Assembly: GCA_026707145.1 (NCBI GenBank) | Contig: JAPOXK010000011.1 | Location: forward strand, 35,908-99,907 | DNA: 64,000 nt | DNA from: Chloroflexota bacterium | Lineage (GTDB): Bacteria > Chloroflexota > Dehalococcoidia > Bin125 | Direction of reading: 5' to 3' | Shown here: positions 60,916-64,000 of the stretch, piece after piece | How positions within the stretch are numbered: position 1 is the first letter of the stretch | How the letters are laid out: each line of letters opens with the position of its first letter | Program-made: the position numbers and the translations under genes | The notes under the pieces: generated by a model | What the model was told of the DNA's origin: nothing | Database searches by the model: none | Seen by the model: the letters and a program-made list of their open reading frames with translations, nothing else

Positions 60916-61110
60916 GTGCTGCAAGTGACCCGGCGCGACGGCGAGGACTCCGAACAGCTCGTGCGGCGCTTCAACAAGCTGGTCCAACGCGACGGCGTTC
61001 TCCAGGAAGCCCGGCGCCGGCGGCACTTCATCTCCAATCGCGAGAAGGAGCGCCAGGCGCAGCGCCGCGCCGCGCGCCGCCGCCGCCGCACCACGAAGCC
61101 CTCTCGCTAG
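60916..61110 (+). CDS. rpsU: 30S ribosomal protein S21
   Basis: LQVTRRDGEDSEQLVRRFNKLVQRDGVLQEARRRRHFISNREKERQAQRRAARRRR aligns with S21 (VIKVRENEPFDVALRRFKR..AGVLAEVRRREFYEKPT.ERKR). GTG start with GGGAGA upstream. Confidence 0.8.
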   Translation: MLQVTRRDGEDSEQLVRRFNKLVQRDGVLQEARRRRHFISNREKERQAQRRAARRRRRTTKPSR

Positions 61111-61190
61111 CCTGCTCCCTCACCGTTCCTGCTCTGCTCCTGCGCCGTCTCCGGTCTGGGGCGCGTGACGGCTGCGTGAGGCGTTGCCTG

Positions 61191-62183
61191 CTACTTTTCC
61201 GCTACGATCGATCCCGGCCTCGGCCCCAGCAGCAGCTTGAGTTGGCCGTCGGCGAGCAGACAGGCGAAGTCGAGCCCCGCGAACAGCTCCGGGTCCACGC
61301 CTCGCAGCGCCGCGCTCGCGCTCTCCTCCTCCATCGATCGGTACATCCCCACGAACGCCACTGCGCGTCCCTCCCGCTCGGCGGCGGGTTGCGCCTCCAT
61401 CGCCTCGCGCGCCGCCGAGAGTCCGGCGCGCAGCGTGCGCCGCACGGTCGTCCCATCCGCCGTGCCCCCGTCCGCCGCTGCGACGACCGCCGGCCCGCCG
61501 AGGCCCTCCAGCTTTTGCACGGTCCAAGCGTCCTCCGCCTTCACCGCCGCCCGCTGGCCCGCCTTCCGGATCCCGTTGGCGACGAGCACGGTGAAGTCGA
61601 TCAGCTGCGTCACCTTGTCGGCGTCCTCCGGCAGCCGGTGGATGGCGCTGCTGTCGAGCTGGTAGAAGCCGAAGACCCGGTCCGTGAAGCGCGCCCAATG
61701 CGGGGACAACCCTCCCACCACGCTCATGTACCTTCCTTCGTCGCTGTTCTTGCGCAGCTCCAATTCCACCGGGAACATGACCTCGCCCCGGGCGCCGGGC
61801 GCCAGCGCCGCAGCAGCGGCGGTGACCCGCTCGCAGGTGGCATCCCGCTCTTCGTCCGGGATCGTCGCGCCCGGCGGCACCCACAGCGTCACCGCCCCCG
61901 CACCGGCCGCCGAGAGCCGGTGCTCGAGGTCCACGCGCCGCCGTCCCGGCTCCCCCTCCGCCGCGTCCTCGAACAGCGGCAGCACCGCGAGACACAGCAT
62001 CCGTCCCTCTACGGTCAGCCGCGCCAGCGGCACCGGGCCGCCGACCGTCGTGCCGCCGCCGCTTGCGGCGAGGCCGCGCTCCGTCAGCCAGCGCATCACC
62101 ATGGCGCTCGCCAGCGCCGCCAGCCGCGTGCTCGCGCCCGTCATCGCTGGCTCGTCCGTCTGCGGGTCATTGTCCATCCGCAC
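61191..62183 (-). CDS. hypothetical protein
   Basis: 330-aa ORF with coding-like composition and no recognisable motif. Confidence 0.45.
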   Translation of the reverse strand: MRMDNDPQTDEPAMTGASTRLAALASAMVMRWLTERGLAASGGGTTVGGPVPLARLTVEGRMLCLAVLPLFEDAAEGEPGRRRVDLEHRLSAAGAGAVTLWVPPGATIPDEERDATCERVTAAAAALAPGARGEVMFPVELELRKNSDEGRYMSVVGGLSPHWARFTDRVFGFYQLDSSAIHRLPEDADKVTQLIDFTVLVANGIRKAGQRAAVKAEDAWTVQKLEGLGGPAVVAAADGGTADGTTVRRTLRAGLSAAREAMEAQPAAEREGRAVAFVGMYRSMEEESASAALRGVDPELFAGLDFACLLADGQLKLLLGPRPGSIVAEK

Positions 62184-62323
62184 GCGTTCCCGTCTGCCGC
62201 CCCGGCGCCGGGCCTTCCGCGCGGCATGGTATCAGCGGTGGCGGTTGACCACCGAGCGGCGCGGGTCGCAGACTGGCGTCAGCGCGATCCCCGACGGCAT
62301 GCGAGATCACCGAGGAGGACGCC

Positions 62324-63730
62324 ATGCAGCGCTACACTCTGCTCCAAAACTGCCGGCTGATCGACGGTGTCAGCCCGGAGCCCCGGGACGCCGCGAGCGT
62401 CCTGATCGAAGGAGAGCGGATCACCCAAGTGGGCGGCGTCGACGAGGTCAAGCCGCCTCCGCAGGGCGGAGGCGAGGTCGTCGACGCATCGGGGCGCACC
62501 GTCATGCCCGGCATGGTCGACTGCCACTTTCACGGTGCTTACCACGATGTCTCCTGCTTCGAGGACTACGACCTGCGCCGCCCTATCGAGCACACGACGA
62601 TCCTCGCCGCCCGCAATGCCCAGACCCTGCTGGAGGTCGGCTTCACCAGCGCGCGCGACGTGGGCACGCGCGGGCTGGTGGCGGTGGCGTTGCGCGACAT
62701 GATCGATCAAGGCGTCATCAAAGGGCCACGCATGAAGCCGGGCGCCCGCATCCTCACCACCACAGGGGGACTGGCCGACTTCTACGGCAACTGGGCCGAC
62801 AACCAAGCGGCCCTCGGCCACACGGTCGATGGTCCGGCCGAGATCCTCAAGGCCACGCGCCTGCAGATCAAATACGGCGTCACGAACATCAAGGTGGAGG
62901 CGAGCGGCACCGGCATCAGTCCTTTCGCTTCGTCGACCAAGCAGACGATGACGGAGGAGGAGATCGCGACCGTCGTTAACGAAAGCAAGCGCAACGGCGT
63001 GCGCGTGGCCTGCCACGCCCAGGCTACCGAGGGCATTAAGAACGGCGTTCGGGCCGGCGTGACCACGATCGAGCACGGCTCCTTCCTCGACGAGGAGGGC
63101 GCGGATCTCATGCTCGCGATGGGCACGGTCCTGGTGCCGACCATCGCCGTGCTCTACCTCTACGTGCACAAGGGCCCCGAAGTAGGCGTGCCGGATTGGG
63201 TCGTACAGAAGTTCAAGGGCGACCTGGACCTGCACTACGCCAGTGTCAAGATGGCGCGCGAAAAGGGCATCCCGATGGTCGTGGGCAGCGACTCCGGCCA
63301 CGCCTTCAATCCGCAGCACGTGATCGCCATTGAGCTCGAACTCATGGTCAGGCTCACCGACTTCACGCCCATGGAAGCGATCCAGTCCGCTACCAGCGTC
63401 GGTGCCAGGACGATCGGCCTCGGCGAGGTGACCGGCCAGATCACGCCCGGCTACTACGGCGATGTGCTGGTCGTGGACGGCGACCCGCTGGCCGATGTCG
63501 GCATCCTGCAGCAGCACCACCGCCTTGAGCGGGTCTACAAGGGCGGGCTGCTGGAAGCCGGCACCGTGGCGCGCCGCGCACCGCAGCTGGAGCTCGCTTC
63601 CGTGCTGGAGAGAGAACCGCCGATCGCGGGCGGCGCGCTCGATCCTGTGCCCTCGCGTCCCCATGAAGAGGAGCCGCACGCGCATCGTCCCTCCTGCCTG
63701 CGGCACTCCGAGGAGTTGGAAAACCGCTAG
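62324..63730 (+). CDS. amidohydrolase family metal-dependent hydrolase
   Basis: PGMVDCHFHGAYHD (HxH metal site) plus downstream HAQATEG and VVGSDSGHAF motifs of the amidohydrolase superfamily. Confidence 0.8.
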   Translation: MQRYTLLQNCRLIDGVSPEPRDAASVLIEGERITQVGGVDEVKPPPQGGGEVVDASGRTVMPGMVDCHFHGAYHDVSCFEDYDLRRPIEHTTILAARNAQTLLEVGFTSARDVGTRGLVAVALRDMIDQGVIKGPRMKPGARILTTTGGLADFYGNWADNQAALGHTVDGPAEILKATRLQIKYGVTNIKVEASGTGISPFASSTKQTMTEEEIATVVNESKRNGVRVACHAQATEGIKNGVRAGVTTIEHGSFLDEEGADLMLAMGTVLVPTIAVLYLYVHKGPEVGVPDWVVQKFKGDLDLHYASVKMAREKGIPMVVGSDSGHAFNPQHVIAIELELMVRLTDFTPMEAIQSATSVGARTIGLGEVTGQITPGYYGDVLVVDGDPLADVGILQQHHRLERVYKGGLLEAGTVARRAPQLELASVLEREPPIAGGALDPVPSRPHEEEPHAHRPSCLRHSEELENR

Positions 63731-63762
63731 CTGTCCCCGCCCCTCGGAGGCAGGGTCCGGCG

Positions 63763-64000
63763 GTGCGTACGGGCAAGCTCCCTCCCGAGCTGCTGACGCG
63801 GCTGCTGCGGGACCTTCCGCGCGACGAGCGGCTGCTCGTCCGGCCCGGCCTCGGCCGCGACGCCGCCGCCGTCGCGGCCGGCGATCACGTGCTCATCCTT
63901 ACCGCCGATCCGGTGACCTTCACGGCCGAGCGCGCGGGCTGGTACGCGGTGCACCTCAGCGCCAACGACGTCGCCTGCCTGGGGGGCGAGCCACGGTGGT
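63763..64000 (+). CDS. PurM-like (AIR synthase-related) protein, N-terminal part, truncated by window end
   Basis: GLGRDAAAVAAGDHVLILTADPVTF...HLSANDVACLGG resembles the PurM/HypE/ThiL N-domain. Runs off the window. Confidence 0.45.
   Translation, partial: MRTGKLPPELLTRLLRDLPRDERLLVRPGLGRDAAAVAAGDHVLILTADPVTFTAERAGWYAVHLSANDVACLGGEPRW

Overview
Very high-GC (~70%) bacterial chromosomal segment. The coding density, the overlapping start/stop junctions and an LPXTG sorting signal suggest a monoderm lineage (Thermomicrobia/Chloroflexi-like or Actinobacteria-like). The host cannot be named from sequence alone.

First half (1-33 kb) is mostly housekeeping and metabolism: rhomboid protease, ThyX, VOC and MBL hydrolases, SCP2-type thiolase with its DUF35 partner, GatC-like protein plus amidase, IlvD, MFS transporter, a PAP2_3 plus flippase-like lipid pair, a secreted S8 peptidase, an OmpR/HK two-component system with a lipoprotein, a DapA-family aldolase, a TPR protein, an SDR, an LLM oxidoreductase, a thioredoxin-domain (YyaL-like) protein, a second amidase, two tandem phosphohexomutases and Hbd.

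Second half (33.7-56.6 kb) is an accessory surface-protein region. It holds two giant internally duplicated LRR plus cadherin-like proteins, Ig-like (Big) proteins, a parallel beta-helix protein and several unknown secreted proteins. All of these share the same ~65-75 aa C-terminal module, which also occurs on the S8 peptidase. A small secreted protein made only of two copies of the module sits between the two LRR genes.

This cluster is interrupted by two small mobile-looking islets: a retropepsin-like protease pair with a RelE/ParE-like TA pair, and a DUF3800 gene with a HicB/HicA-like pair. It also contains an LPXTG protein.

Downstream lie tRNA-His and a tandem array of four 20-25 codon micro-ORFs each with its own RBS. 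Then come a lipoprotein, MgtE, tRNA-Arg, a YkgJ-family protein, an AT-rich patch and a ~420-nt structured non-coding region ending in a terminator upstream of rpsU. An amidohydrolase and a partial PurM-like gene close the window.

No rRNA, CRISPR array or integrase was seen. Many long antisense ORFs in the track are high-GC artefacts.
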